A stretch of 62,640 bases of DNA, filler included, from Basidiobolus ranarum (Eukaryota), in the NCBI GenBank assembly GCA_040143965.1. It is 13 parts of 13 records of this genome, joined end to end, with 100 filler letters (N's around TTAATTAATTAA, not from the genome) between each part and the next. Parts side by side here need not be neighbours in the genome. Positions count along the whole stretch, not along the records: positions 48,308 to 53,020 come from JASJQH010008728.1; positions 53,121 to 57,832 come from JASJQH010008729.1; positions 57,933 to 62,640 come from JASJQH010008730.1; 10 more parts are not named here. One strand, 5' to 3'. Below the pieces are notes generated by a model, which was not told the origin of the DNA, did not search any database, and worked only from the letters and a program-made list of their open reading frames with translations. Below, piece by piece: positions 50,752 through 62,640 of the stretch (its first letter is position 1; each line of letters begins with the position of its first letter). A program made the translations under genes and the position numbers.

Positions 50752-53120
50752 CTTTAAAACGATATGATTTGAATCGGGTAGATACTATGTGCGCGTGATG
50801 AAGAGCAAGTGGAAGTTTATTTTGGTGTTTTGTTAGATCAGCTATTCAACACCACAGCAGTAAGAGAGAGTTAAATCAGTTTGTTAAGTTTCCGTTAAAA
50901 AATCTCGATATCGTATGAAATAATTGCTTACTAAAGGGGAGTGGATGATCACAACTATTAAGGGATATCAAATATTACCGTAGTAAGTATAATTAATCTC
51001 TGAAAATTCTTGGAAATAGTCAACTAGAGCATGCTACGAATTTTCTGTATCGAAATCTGAACAATTCCTATTATATTCGATCACTTTAGCTCTACCTTTG
51101 ATTCTACCGGTCTTGTTGTCAATCGTAGAAGTTGTGTTGGTTTTCAACGGTGCATCAAGACTAGTTTTCTACTCATACAGTTCAGAGGAGTGGCAAAAGG
51201 AGATAGAAAACCTGCAGAATAAATCCATTGAGTTGGTGCTGCATCTTGCCCAACATAAAAATGTAGTGAAACCCGGAAAGCGATTAATCTCATTCTAATC
51301 GCTTCTATGCTTTATTTCAGTTTAAATTGAAGTTTCTTAGGAGTCTAGCTACTCACCATCAAGGAAATGGGGTTCCATTGAAGGAAAACAAGTCCCTGTG
51401 GTGTGATATATAAGTAAAGGGTATCTAGTATATTCACAACATCAACACAGTTATATAGAGATTTAGACAAGTGACTACTGCGTGATTGTAACTTGGGCCG
51501 AGGGGATGTAACGTTCGCACCTTACTATTGACTGCTTCAATCTGTTAGATGTGAACTGGAGTACATCCACTACATCCAGTACTATCATACAAAATAAATC
51601 AAGCGAGGTATTTAATATTGGACATGTGTGCTTAATGCAAATTATCAATTATTCCTTATCCCGCGCTCATCGTAAACAGCCAGTTAAATTGGAAACAGTT
51701 GTATTGTGGATGGCTATTGTGATTATATGTTCAAACATTTTTACCAACTGCCTCTTCTACCCATCGGTGAGAATATAGTAGTTGGGAAAATTAGTGGGTG
51801 AACATGTACTTACATTCTATGATAGGTTATTTACAATATATGTAATCTACAACTGGTATAAAGTATAATACTATCTGTAAAATATTTAAATATATTTTTC
51901 TACAACTAGTATATTAGACTACCTGTGACATAAGGCTTTGTTGTTTTTATCTGACATGTGACTGGGTATTTTCATTACATCAGGGAGAATCAACATTGAT
52001 CATCATTAGATTCATGCTAGATTTTGATTAGATAAACAAGTACCTTTATGCCAATGTAGAAGATGAGTTATGTATCTATCTCAATGCCTCTGAGCAATGG
52101 TGTCAATTAACCACCAAGGTGTAACAATGGTATGGCTATGCAATCGAGCACTACTTTGATGCGAAAGTACTTCCAATCGCAATATTAATTTAGTAACAGA
52201 CTAAGAACAATTACGTTGTTAGGGAATTTCTCATAGTAAGTTAGTATTCTTCAGTAGCTATGATACACAATCGAGGGCATTAGGGTAGTTAAGGAGTACA
52301 GGCAGTAACTTTCAGCAAGTCAATATCTCTCAAGAAATGTGTCAGAGCTATCATGGGGGTTCGGAAAAACCATACTTGCGTAGTACGTTATCTTTAGACT
52401 CCAAAAGTATATTATATTTATGCTTTGTTATATTTGAATGAAGTTGAACCTATAGCCAATGGTTTTAGAGACGCTAAATAGAATGCTGGTTGAATTGTAG
52501 AAGAGCAATACAAAAGTCAATTTAGACTCTGGAAGCAAGAAAAAGAGTTAACATAGAGACGTCTTGCCAAACTTTGTTCCTGTCTGACTTTAAACATTGC
52601 AGGACCTAATGACGCGTGTGGTACATGATCACAAGTATCAGCCAACGATATTAAAATGGTTCTACCTCGTAAGCAATAATATAGTCAAAAATAAGCAGGA
52701 ATTAATTACATATATGATACTGCAAGTTCTATTGTAAATATTGCCTTCTTTAATTCGCCTTTATATCCTCATGTGATGGGCACGGATGAAAAGTTAGCTA
52801 CCATGGTATGACTATGAAGCTACTTGTATGATTTGTGGCTACAGCAGGAATGGCCAATTCGTCAGAGAAAATGAGTATCTTATGACTACGATTTACAGAC
52901 TGTATTAGACAAAGCTATTCATCAAACTCAAGAGGAGAAAGTTTATTATGGTGACTGGATGCAGCATCCATAGCTTCTATACTGTTGCTCACTTCATTTG
53001 TGAGCATGAACACCAACATGNNNNNNNNNNNNNNNNNNNNNNNNNNNNNNNNNNNNNNNNNNNNTTAATTAATTAANNNNNNNNNNNNNNNNNNNNNNNN
53101 NNNNNNNNNNNNNNNNNNNN

Positions 53121-54112
53121 AAAGCAGCTAAAGAGGTATTCCAGGAACAGGAAGTTAGTAAACTCAAGAGCAAAGCGAAGGAGCCAGTGAGTTTAGGCCC
53201 AACTGTCCCACCTACCAAATTCTTCTTACCATTACAAAGATCTGCATTTCCAGAGTCAGATATACTGGCAAAAAAGCTTAATTTCACCATGGAGCTGAGT
53301 ACACCAGTTGGTAGAGTGCTAAATTTGGAAGTTTATCCAACACCTGGCACCTCTCAACAAGCCAAAACACCAGCAAATATAACTCAGGGCTCTCCAACCT
53401 CAACTGGTACTTTTCAAAGTGCTGAAATTAGCCCCAAACTTAAAGGCAAGCAAAAAGCCACACAAACACCACAAAGCACCCTAAGTAGTGTCAAACTACA
53501 AGGATATGCACTAATAGTCAAAGTGCTTGAGGAGTATTTTCAAAAGTATGAAGCAAAAAATGCAGTGCAAGTATGCAGAAAGTGGCTTCAGAAGAAGAAC
53601 ATTCAACTTGACATTCAGTCTGGTGTTGACTGTGCAGATATCTGGGAAGAACTTAATACAGAGTGGCATGCTATTGCAGGGTATCCGCCAGATAGCTGGA
53701 AGTATGCTGATTCAGCAATGTTAATACCATAGTGGGCTTTGATGGAGATATTGATACAAACTCATGTTGGGTATGAGATAAACCTTGGGTATGAAGAACT
53801 CTATATAAATATTCAAGAGCATATATCACAGAGACTAGGGATTTTGAAGGTGACAAACTAGCATTCAAGTGGTAATTGTGTAAAATTTGAGTTACATTTT
53901 CTGCACATGTGTTGAACCATAGTTATCTGAGATTGTAGCCAATCACGCACAACCATTTTGCAAGATCTTGAAATTTCACTCCTGCAACTGAAAAATTGTA
54001 CAAAATCAAATCCAACTTGACAATTTTATGATGGTAAGTAAACAGTCAATCCCAAGTGGATGAAAATTATGATGGTTTTCCTACAATAAAAATTCTCAAA
54101 TTTTTGTTAGGG
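53121..54112 (+). mobile_element. CMC ORF2 3' part (best-preserved piece, ORF 53187-53732) and end B, inserted into copia A RT
   Basis: Ends ATTTTTGTTAGGG, directly abutting the RT motif LYGLKQSPRAWN on the opposite strand. Confidence 0.85.
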
Positions 54113-56975
54113 TTCCAAGCTCTTGGAGATTGTTTTAGGCCATAGAGTGTTTTCCAGAGTAAGCAAACTTTTTCAGGGTTTTCGGAATCCACAAATCCAT
54201 CTGCCAGGTCCGTATAGATCTCCTCAGCAAGCACATTATTCAAAAAAGCAGCTTTAACATCCATTTGATGTATCATAAACTGATATTTAGCAGAAATTGC
54301 TAAAATCAATCAAATTGATTTAAACTTTGCCATAGGAGCAAAAGTATCTGTATAGTCTATTTCTGGTGTTTGGGAATATTCTTTTGCTACTAGTCTAGCC
54401 TTGTATCTTTCTATATTGCCATCAGAGTTCTATTCCCCTTTAAACACCCATCGGCAGCCAATTGATTTTCAATCATCAAGTCAGTTGGTTAAAATCCAAG
54501 TTTGATTTTCAATCAAAGCCTGGTACTCATCAGCCATTGCAGATCTCCAAAATTTCATGTGAGGGCCATTCAGGGCCTCTTTTACAGTCTGGGGTTCATG
54601 CATTTGAGACATGCAGGCATAGGCAAAACTTTGGGACTCATTGTCATAGTAATCAGGACTATTTCTGATCCAATGTGATCTCCCAGTTTGGGATAATGGT
54701 GCCACAACTTCTGGCACTGTATTGGGCACTTCAGTAGGCAAAATTTTGGTTGAAGGGTCCACAGTAAAGCTATTTTTTCATTGTTTTGGTTTGAATCATC
54801 TCAAATGATTGGATCTGGAGAAAATTGTTTTTGTCATCATCTGAGGACATTTTGGGTGAATATTTTCTCATTCTCATTAACAAAACATCCCTGGACTTGA
54901 ATAACTTAGAAATTTTGGTATCATAGAGCCTGTAGGCCTTAGTTTGAGTACAATAGCCCGGAGATATGCATTTCTTACGTTTTGAACCAAATTTAGATCA
55001 ATTTTTGGTCATAATTTTAACATGAGCAATGCATCCAAAGATCCTCAAATGTTTTACATCAGGTTTAACTCCAAACTAAGCTTGATATGATGTAGAGTTA
55101 GACAGACTTCTAGTAAAACTCCTATTTTTCAGACATACAGCTGTAGCAACTGATTCTGCCCAAAGTTTTGAGATACATTTTGTGCATTTATCATAGATCT
55201 TGCCATTTCTATTATAGTCCTGTTAGCTCTTTCAGCAACTCCATTTTGTCGAGGTCAAAAAGGGGCAGTAGTTTCCTGCTTAATTCCATTATCTTTGCAA
55301 AAGTGCTTAAATAGCATTGAAGTATATTTTCCACCGTTATTAGTATGTATTTGCTTGATTTTAGTTCCAGTCTCAGTCTCCACAAGTGTTTTAAAATCTC
55401 TAAAGATAGAGATAGCTTCTTTTTTCTTTCCATAGAGTAGACCCAAGTATACCTTGTATAATTATCAATAAATGTGATAAAATATCTTATCCACCTAGAT
55501 ATATATTTTGCATAGGTCCACACAAATCTGAATGAATTAGATCCCATTTTTTGACAGATTTGATTAAACCAGAGCTCTTGAATGGTTGGCTGGCTTGTTT
55601 TCCATATATACAACCCTAACAAATTTCCATATGGGTTGGGGGCTAATTAGAATTGCAGAAGTTAGGCAATTTTTGATCATTTTGCTTAAATAATCAAATC
55701 CAATATGGCCAAATCTCTTATGCAATAATTGAATAGTTTCTTGATTGGAATAGCTTATATTTACACATAAACCTCTTGGATCATAGGTAAGTTTGTTTAA
55801 GCTTTGATCCTTTTCTCCAAAAGCTAAATAATTCCCATTTTGATCAGTGATGGTTCATCCTGACTTATCAAATTGAATATTATCCCTTCTGAGGTGGCCT
55901 TGCATACAGCTATTAAGTTCTTGGCAATATCTAGAACATGGAGTACATCCTGAAAGTATACACTTTCTCTTCAGAGGCTCCAGTTAAATTGACTGGAATT
56001 GTTACCATTCCAATAGCATCCAATATGTGGTCACCTCCCATAAAAACCTTTCTAGTTGGGATTTCTTCATATTCCACAAACCAATGAATTTCATTTGTGA
56101 AATGTTGGGAAGCTCCAGAATCAAATGCCATGTTGGTGAATCCTTTTTGGTAGTCATAGATAGAGTGGATATGAACATGTGATCTTTGGTTGTAACCACA
56201 TTTCCAGATTCAGTATGTTTTTCTTCTTTTGCAATTCTTTTAATGCAATCCTTACTTAAATGGCCAGTTCTTTTCAGTAATCACAGAATGTGTTACTTTT
56301 CTTCATAAAGAGCTTTTGACATTTGTAGGAAGGTTTCCCATTGCCTATAAAAGCATTTTTTCATTCTTTTGGTTAAATCCTGATTTGTGTAAATCTTCAT
56401 CCAGAAGTCTACCAAAAACATAATATAAGGTCACATTTTCAGTTCTTGATTCTAGCACCATTACTAGGCTCTGAAACCTGTGTTACAGGATATACAAGAC
56501 TGTAACTACAATATCTTGATCAGTGGTAGGTACTCCTATGTATTCCATTTCTTCCACAAAAAAGTGACCCTATTAATTAGTGATTTAATATCTTCTCTTG
56601 GCTTCATGTTCAAGTTAAAGAATTGTTCTCTTCAAAACAGCTTGTTGGCAGCAGAACTTGTTTGGTAGGTGTCTTCCAAGGCTTTTCATACCTTCTTGGC
56701 AGTTTTCGCTCTTGAACGTTGAATTAGCAATTTGTCTTCAACATTAAGACAAATTGTGTTAAAGGCACTTTGTTCTTTTTTAACTTGGAGTAAAATGTTG
56801 GTTTCAGATAGTTTGGCATTGTTTTCTTCTCTCACAACAGTGTTCCAAAGTCCTTTTTCTTGCAGCAACATTTCCATTTTAATTTTCCAAACTTGAGAAT
56901 TGGATCCATCCAATTTTTCAGAAGAGGGAAAAGTTCCATAGATTTGAGAAGTAGACATTACAGAGAGTACAAGCT

Positions 56976-56989
56976 CAGGGCTCATAACC
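56976..56989 (-). promoter_or_regulatory. Primer-binding site complementary to the initiator tRNA-Met anticodon arm (half-tRNA priming)
   Basis: GGTTATGAGCCCTG immediately after the LTR's terminal CA. Confidence 0.85.
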
Positions 56990-57220
56990 TGTAAAATTAT
57001 TTGGGAGCCTGTTCAAAGTTGTTAGGAGAATTAGAAGAATTGGTGGTTATCACTTGTTGATTTATTGAGTAGAAAGTTGACATTTATAGTTTTGTCAAGG
57101 TGTAAACAAACAAATGTGTAGAATGTGTTGAGGAAAGTCCCAGGAACATGTGTGCAAAGTTTGGGGCTTCAAGCACAAGTGTGAAAATGTATATATCTGG
57201 GACCTTCCAAGGTGCTAAAA

Positions 57221-57402
57221 GGACTTGTTCTCTGTGATAGTGCCGGATTGTGCTGTATATATCATATTCAATAAAGTATTCTAAAAATTATGCGGCACAA
57301 CTTGGCACTATCCAGTACCCTCTGGCATGATGAATTTCAATCACATTTACTATAATACATTGATCCAAGGTCCAATAAATCCTGGCACAATGGAACAAGT
57401 CC
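57221..57402 (+). mobile_element. 182-bp MITE in the copia A 5' LTR, TSD AAA
   Basis: Perfect 10-bp TIR GGACTTGTTC/GAACAAGTCC; host LTR length 532 = 347 + 182 + 3. Confidence 0.92.
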
Positions 57403-57932
57403 AAAGAATTGTAAGTAAATTCCAATTGAGAATAATGGATGATATCTTAGTGAGTTACAAGATTACTAAGTACTAAGCTATATTTGACTATATAGGTGTT
57501 TAGGCACAGCTAATTTCAACAGCCACAATATATACCCTATTCAGTATATTATTTTTCACCCTGCAACATCTATATAAGATACATATATTCCTTGATCAGA
57601 CCTCTGCCAGCTATTAAAAGAAATACTTGCTAAAGTATCTTCCCTGTCCAGTCTTGTCTTGCCTTGTGGTCTACATCCAAGCACTCTCCTGCCTTCTAGC
57701 CTCTTGTTGTTTCCAGTCCTTGCCCAGTTCCATATTGTGACATTTTGATCAGACTACCTACAGTTGCCTGTAGACTTCTCTCCATCCCTGTTCTCCAACC
57801 TTGACACTCCCCAAGGTTGGCTTCCCTGGGCTNNNNNNNNNNNNNNNNNNNNNNNNNNNNNNNNNNNNNNNNNNNNTTAATTAATTAANNNNNNNNNNNN
57901 NNNNNNNNNNNNNNNNNNNNNNNNNNNNNNNN

Positions 57933-59522
57933 AACCTTTCTGAATGGAAATCTAGAAGAAGAGATCTATTTGGAGCAACCAGATGGATTTATTGACCCAA
58001 AACATCCTGATATAGTCTGTAAGCTGCAAAAACCGCTATATAGACTCAAGCAAGCACCCAGGACTTGGTACAACAAGATAGATACCTATTTGGAATCACC
58101 AGAATTCCAAAAATGCACAGCAGATTATGGTATTTATATCAAAACAACTCTAAATAGGATCCTTATCTTGGCACTATATGCGGATGACTTAATCATAGTC
58201 ACAAATGATCTAGAAGCACTTGAAGAGACAAAAAGCAGATTATCAAACCAATTGCTGATGACCAATATGGGTAAAATAAGTTATATTCTTGGAATCTAAA
58301 TCAAGAGATATAAACCCCATCAGAAAATCATGCTGAATCAGTCTAGATACATCCTAGACATCCTCAAATGCTTCAACATAGAGAATAGCAAGTATGTATC
58401 AACACCAATGGATTCCAATGTAAAATTAATTAAAATTTTATCCAATTTGGCCCAAAATGATTCAAATCGAAGCCAGGAGTTCCCTTATCAATCCATGGTG
58501 GGTAGTTTAATGTCTACAATGGTTGGAACATGTGCAGACATTGCTGTGGCAGTGGGAACTGTCAGCAAATATCTCAAAAATCCAGGATCTGAGCACACAA
58601 CTGCAGTAAAACAAATATTTAGGTATTGGAGACGAACTATAGATCTAGTTCTGGAATACTCTGCCACTCCTAATGCACAAATTTTGAAGTCTACAGTGAT
58701 GCAGACTGGGGAAGAAACCTTGATGATAGAAGATCAACAACTGGGTACACTTTTCTCCATGGTAATGGAGCCATAACTTGGAATAGCAAGAAGCAATCAA
58801 CTGTAGCACTTCCCACTACAGAAGCTGAGTATATGGCTGCCTCTGCTACTACACAAGAAGCTATGTGGTTAAGGAAGTTATTTACAGACTTAAGATACAT
58901 GCAAAAATGTGCTATTACTGTATTTGAAGATAATCAAAGTTGTATTTCATTGGCTAAAAACCCTACATTTCATGCTCAAACAAAACATATAGATATTAGG
59001 CATCATTTTGTTAGAAAAGCAATAGAGAATGATATAATTGAACTTGTTTATTGCCCTACTGAAGAAACAATAGCTGATATCTTAACCAAACCTTTAGCTA
59101 AAGCACAATTTGAATTATTAAGATAAAAGTCACATTTAAGAGAAACACAAAATCATTAGTTGAGTGGGAATGTTGAAATTAGGTAAATAGCAACTCTTTA
59201 TTTAGTAGTTAGTTTATTCATATTCTGATTATTTAATACTCAATTCTGTCATTCAAAGATGGGTGTTTATTGCTCTAATTGATAGAAATATCAATTAGAT
59301 CACTTTTATCAATTTTCACTATGTTCTCAAAACTTCTACAAATCACCTCAAATTTTTACCCATGCTTAACAGGCATGTTTGTTATGATTTAAGCATATCG
59401 GATAGGCCTATTTCATAGTAAACTATAAATAAAACATATTCAATTCAATAAAACTTAAGTGTCTAATTCACAAATCCAAATCTTGTGCAAAACACTTCTA
59501 AATCCCCTAAACACTTTTATCA
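57933..59522 (+). mobile_element. Ty1/copia family B 3' part: RT, RNase H, PPT, 3' LTR (59171-59522)
   Basis: LKQAPRTWY, LYADDL, PYQSMVGSLM, EDNQSCI..AKNP.FH..TKHIDIRHHF, ADILTKPL; GAGTGGGAA then TGTTG...ATCA. Confidence 0.93.
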
Positions 59523-61519
59523 GATTTTTTGTGCTGATTCTTTTTGTACCATTGCTTTGTAGTGCTGGAACATAGTTAAGGCTTCAGATTTTGATTTGAG
59601 AAAGAATACCCAATTATATCTTGCTTTGTCATCAATAATGGTCATAATGTACTTTTCACACCTAGTGAGACATATTTCATGTGCTCACATAGGTCAAAAT
59701 GAATCAGGGCAAAATTCTGAGTGTATCAGATCTCTCTAGAGCTCAAAAACAGCTGTCTATGATGAATTCCATATATGCAACCTTCACACAGATCCAATTT
59801 AGTAATATTTCCAATTTCTAAGCCTGAAACAAGCAGATTTTGCATCATTTGGGTCAGTTTTGTTCCCCAATGTGGCTCAATCTTTTATGCCACATTTGAC
59901 AGCTTATTTCAACAGTTTTGGCCAAGTTTGCTTGCTCAGAATGCAATTTGGTGATTGCTAGCTTGTATAAGTTTTGAGTTTTGATCCCAGTAGCTAATTT
60001 GTTATTATTCAGATCTGTGATAGTACATCCAAACTTACTGAACCCAAAATTTCGTCCCTGAGTTGTTGCTTTGCTTACTGAGAGTAGATTCTTGGCTTTA
60101 TTTGGTACATAGAGTATATCATCTAATTTTGCAGAAGGTTTAGCTGAATATTGGTCTAACTTGGGCACAACTCTGCCCTTACTAACTGCATCTAGTACAT
60201 GGTCATCATCTAAGTAGACTTTCCTTGTTTGGATTGGTTTTAAGCTGGAAAACCAATCTTTCCTGTTTGGAATATGCTGGGAAGCTCCTGAATCATTATA
60301 CCATGTAGTTGAGTCTTCTTTAGTGGTTACTGATAGGGCAGACACAAATAGATGAGCTCTATCAGTGCTTACTTGATTTGCTTGTTCCCATTTTAGCTTT
60401 TTGGCAAAGGACCTTTTTCTGCAATCTTTGATTAAAAGGCCAGGTTTCTTGCAATACTTGGAGATGAAACGTTTCCTATTAGGGGCACCATTTTTGAAGC
60501 CTGTTGGATGTTTTACAGCCCCAATAAGTGCCTGTTTTGCATTATTATGCTGAGAATTAGATCTCCTTAATTCTTCATTCAAAAGTGTGGCATCTACATA
60601 TTCCATTGTTAGTGACTCTGATCTTGATTCTAGGGCAATTATGAGGTTCCCAAATTTGTCTGGCAGGCTCCCAAGTAGTGTCATGACTGAATCATCCTCA
60701 TTTAGAGGTGCTCCAATGGATCAGAGCTCATCTGCCATAGTTTTTATCCAATTTACTTGATTAAGCATAGAATCATCAGTATTCATCTGACTTGAGAATG
60801 ATTTTCACCTTGATATAGCCTATTAGCCAGACTCTAAGTCTCATATAGTCCCTCAAGTATTTCCCAAGCTTTTTAGATGTTTTTGGCTGATTGTATGTGC
60901 CTCAATTGAGAATCTCTGAGATGTAGATAAACTGTTGAGAGTGCTTTCATCTGCTTCCTATGAAAGGTAAGGATATCTTCTGGTGGTTCCTTTAGCTATA
61001 TTTCTTCTTTGGTAACAAATCCCCAAAGGTCCTTGTCTTCTAGCACCATTTGCAGCTTGAACTTCCATAGGTGAAAGTCTTGACCATCAAACTTCTCTGC
61101 AAATGCAAAAATGCTGGTAATAGTACTGGTAGGCATTCCTTCAACAGCTAGATTGGGGCTCATATCCTGATAAAAGTGTTTAGGGGATTTGGAAGTGTTT
61201 TGGACAAGATTTGGATATGTGAATTAGCCACTTAAGTTTTATTGAATTGAATATGTTCTATTTATAGTTTACTATGAAATAGGCCTATCAGATACGCTTA
61301 AATCATAACAAACATGCCTGTTAAGCTTGGGTGAAAATTTGAGGTGACTAGGAGATGTTTTGAGAAAATAGTGAAAATTGGTAAAAGTGATCTAATTCAT
61401 ATTTCTGTCAATTAGAGCAATAAACACACGTTTTTGAAAGACAGAATAGAGTGCTAAATAATCAGAATATGAATAAACTAACTTCTAATTAATGGGTTGC
61501 TATTTACCTAATTTCAACA
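59523..61519 (-). mobile_element. Ty1/copia family B 5' part: LTR (61519-61168), PBS GGATATGAGCCC, gag, protease, integrase start; cut by the inverted family B copy
   Basis: The LTR is the reverse complement of 59171-59522 (both 352 bp); LLGSLP..F..LI.ALESR, DSGASQH, LLSVSK, WHKRLSHI. Confidence 0.93.
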
Positions 61520-61706
61520 ATTTTATCATGGTAAGTAAATGGTCAATCCTAAATGGATTAAAATTGTGATGGTTGTCCTGCAATAACAATGCTCCAATTT
61601 CTGTTAGGGAGAATGCAAGCCACCAATCCTATAACAGCTTTCTGATGGTTTTGTGTTCAAAAAGGGTGAAACCAATTGGGATCAAATCAATTTTATTTTT
61701 GTTATA
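61520..61706 (+). mobile_element. CMC end B (to 61609) nested in a degenerate end A
   Basis: TTTCTGTTAGGG at 61609, then sequence matching 38916-39010. Confidence 0.75.
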
Positions 61707-62453
61707 GCATCATCATTTGCCTGCAAAGTTATGGTTAGAATTATAATTAATTCTGGTACGTCAGAATTCACTGATTCCAGTTGTTATGCAAGTTTTTGAC
61801 ACCCTTCATGCATGTCTCAATATCTGAATCCTCATATATGGAAGAGTTTGAGAGTTTCTTTATAGCATTATTAAGTGAGGAAGTTATTTCAGCTAGTGAT
61901 GATTCACTTGGGCTTCCCATGCATTTGTAGCAAAGTGAGCATATCTTAATAGCATAAGTTGTTTTGATTCTAGTCTTAGACATATTTCCCTAAATGCTAT
62001 TCTGTCTTTGCTTTGAATGTTGTCCTGGCATCTTTTATGTTGGCTTCTTTGGTTCAGCATGAGAAATGCGCTTTCTACTTCAGAGCTCTCTTCTTCTTAA
62101 TTTGGCTGACCTACTGCCCAGCAATGTTTCCCTTCAAGCAGTAGTGGTATCTTGAATTTTCATTCATGGAAATCTACCCTATTGTATATTGCAATATTGA
62201 TAATCTCTTGTTGAGAAAAGAACTATGATCCAGGCACTGCCACTTTGATGGGGGACTTGGAGATAATGGGGGTAGACTTTGTATCTTACAGGTAACTTAA
62301 CATGATGCTTTAGTTAGTTTACTCTTAGGATATTATGGCAATTTATATAGCAACAAAGTAAGTCAATTGTTTGAGATATTCAGGGGCTTGTGCAACAAGA
62401 TATTATAGATTAGCACAGGTAATTAGACATACTGGTTTTGTGGATGTAAAGAT

Positions 62454-62640
62454 TGTTGAAATTAGGTAAATAGCAACTCATTATTTAGTAGTTAGTTTTT
62501 TCATATTCTGATTATTTAGTACTCAATTCTGTCATTCAAAAATGTGTGTTTATTGCTTTAATTGATAGAAATATCAATTAGATCACTTTTATCAATTTTC
62601 ACTATTTTCTCAAAACTTCTCCAAATCACCTCAAATTTTC
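62454..62640 (+). mobile_element. Copia family B LTR, runs off the window
   Basis: TGTTGAAATTAGGTAAATAGCAACTC..., near-identical to the LTR starting at 59171. Confidence 0.92.

Larger units (their letters stand above)
54113..57521 (-). mobile_element. Ty1/copia family A element: 5' LTR (57521-56990), PBS, gag, protease, integrase and partial RT; degenerate
   Basis: KLDGSN...WK.KMEMLL.EKGLW gag, DSGASQH, IDNYTRYTWVY, HQMDVKAAFLN. The LTR is 347 bp after removing the MITE and its TSD. Confidence 0.93.

Noticed and set aside
51060-53020. Patches of exon-like sequence upstream of VPS4 (and similarly 29023-30270)
   Set aside because: Stops in all frames and no recognisable family; possibly pseudogenes but unsupported.

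Overview
Eukaryotic, AT-rich DNA with short GT-AG introns. The gene sequences suggest an early-diverging fungus (inference only). The window is not one locus: it is 13 contigs of about 4.7 kb joined by artificial 100-nt linkers (N44-TTAATTAATTAA-N44), so adjacency across a linker means nothing. The gene-bearing contigs carry: ornithine decarboxylase antizyme (+1 frameshift at UUU-UGA), glutamate 5-kinase, a Pro-rich/DM9 protein, a JMJD5-like JmjC protein, the 5' end of U2 snRNA, a small secreted Cys-containing protein with a decayed duplicate, a C2 protein, a secreted CHAP-like protein, an F-box protein, BiP, RPP0 with an intronic box C/D snoRNA, a CNNM/Mam3-like protein, two convergent 1-Cys peroxiredoxins and VPS4. 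About half the window is nested, CpG-depleted transposon debris: three Ty1/copia families (two with half-tRNAiMet primer sites), a Ty3/gypsy fragment, a CMC/EnSpm-like DNA transposon with CCCTAACA termini and a large unknown second ORF, a PIF/Harbinger-like fragment and a 182-bp MITE. The most striking observations are a BiP whose HDEL is encoded H-D-TAG-L-TAA, the intronic snoRNA, the CHAP-like secreted protein, the CCCTA-ended two-gene transposon and a 209-bp direct repeat bracketing two host genes. None is proven novel without database searches and read-level checks.
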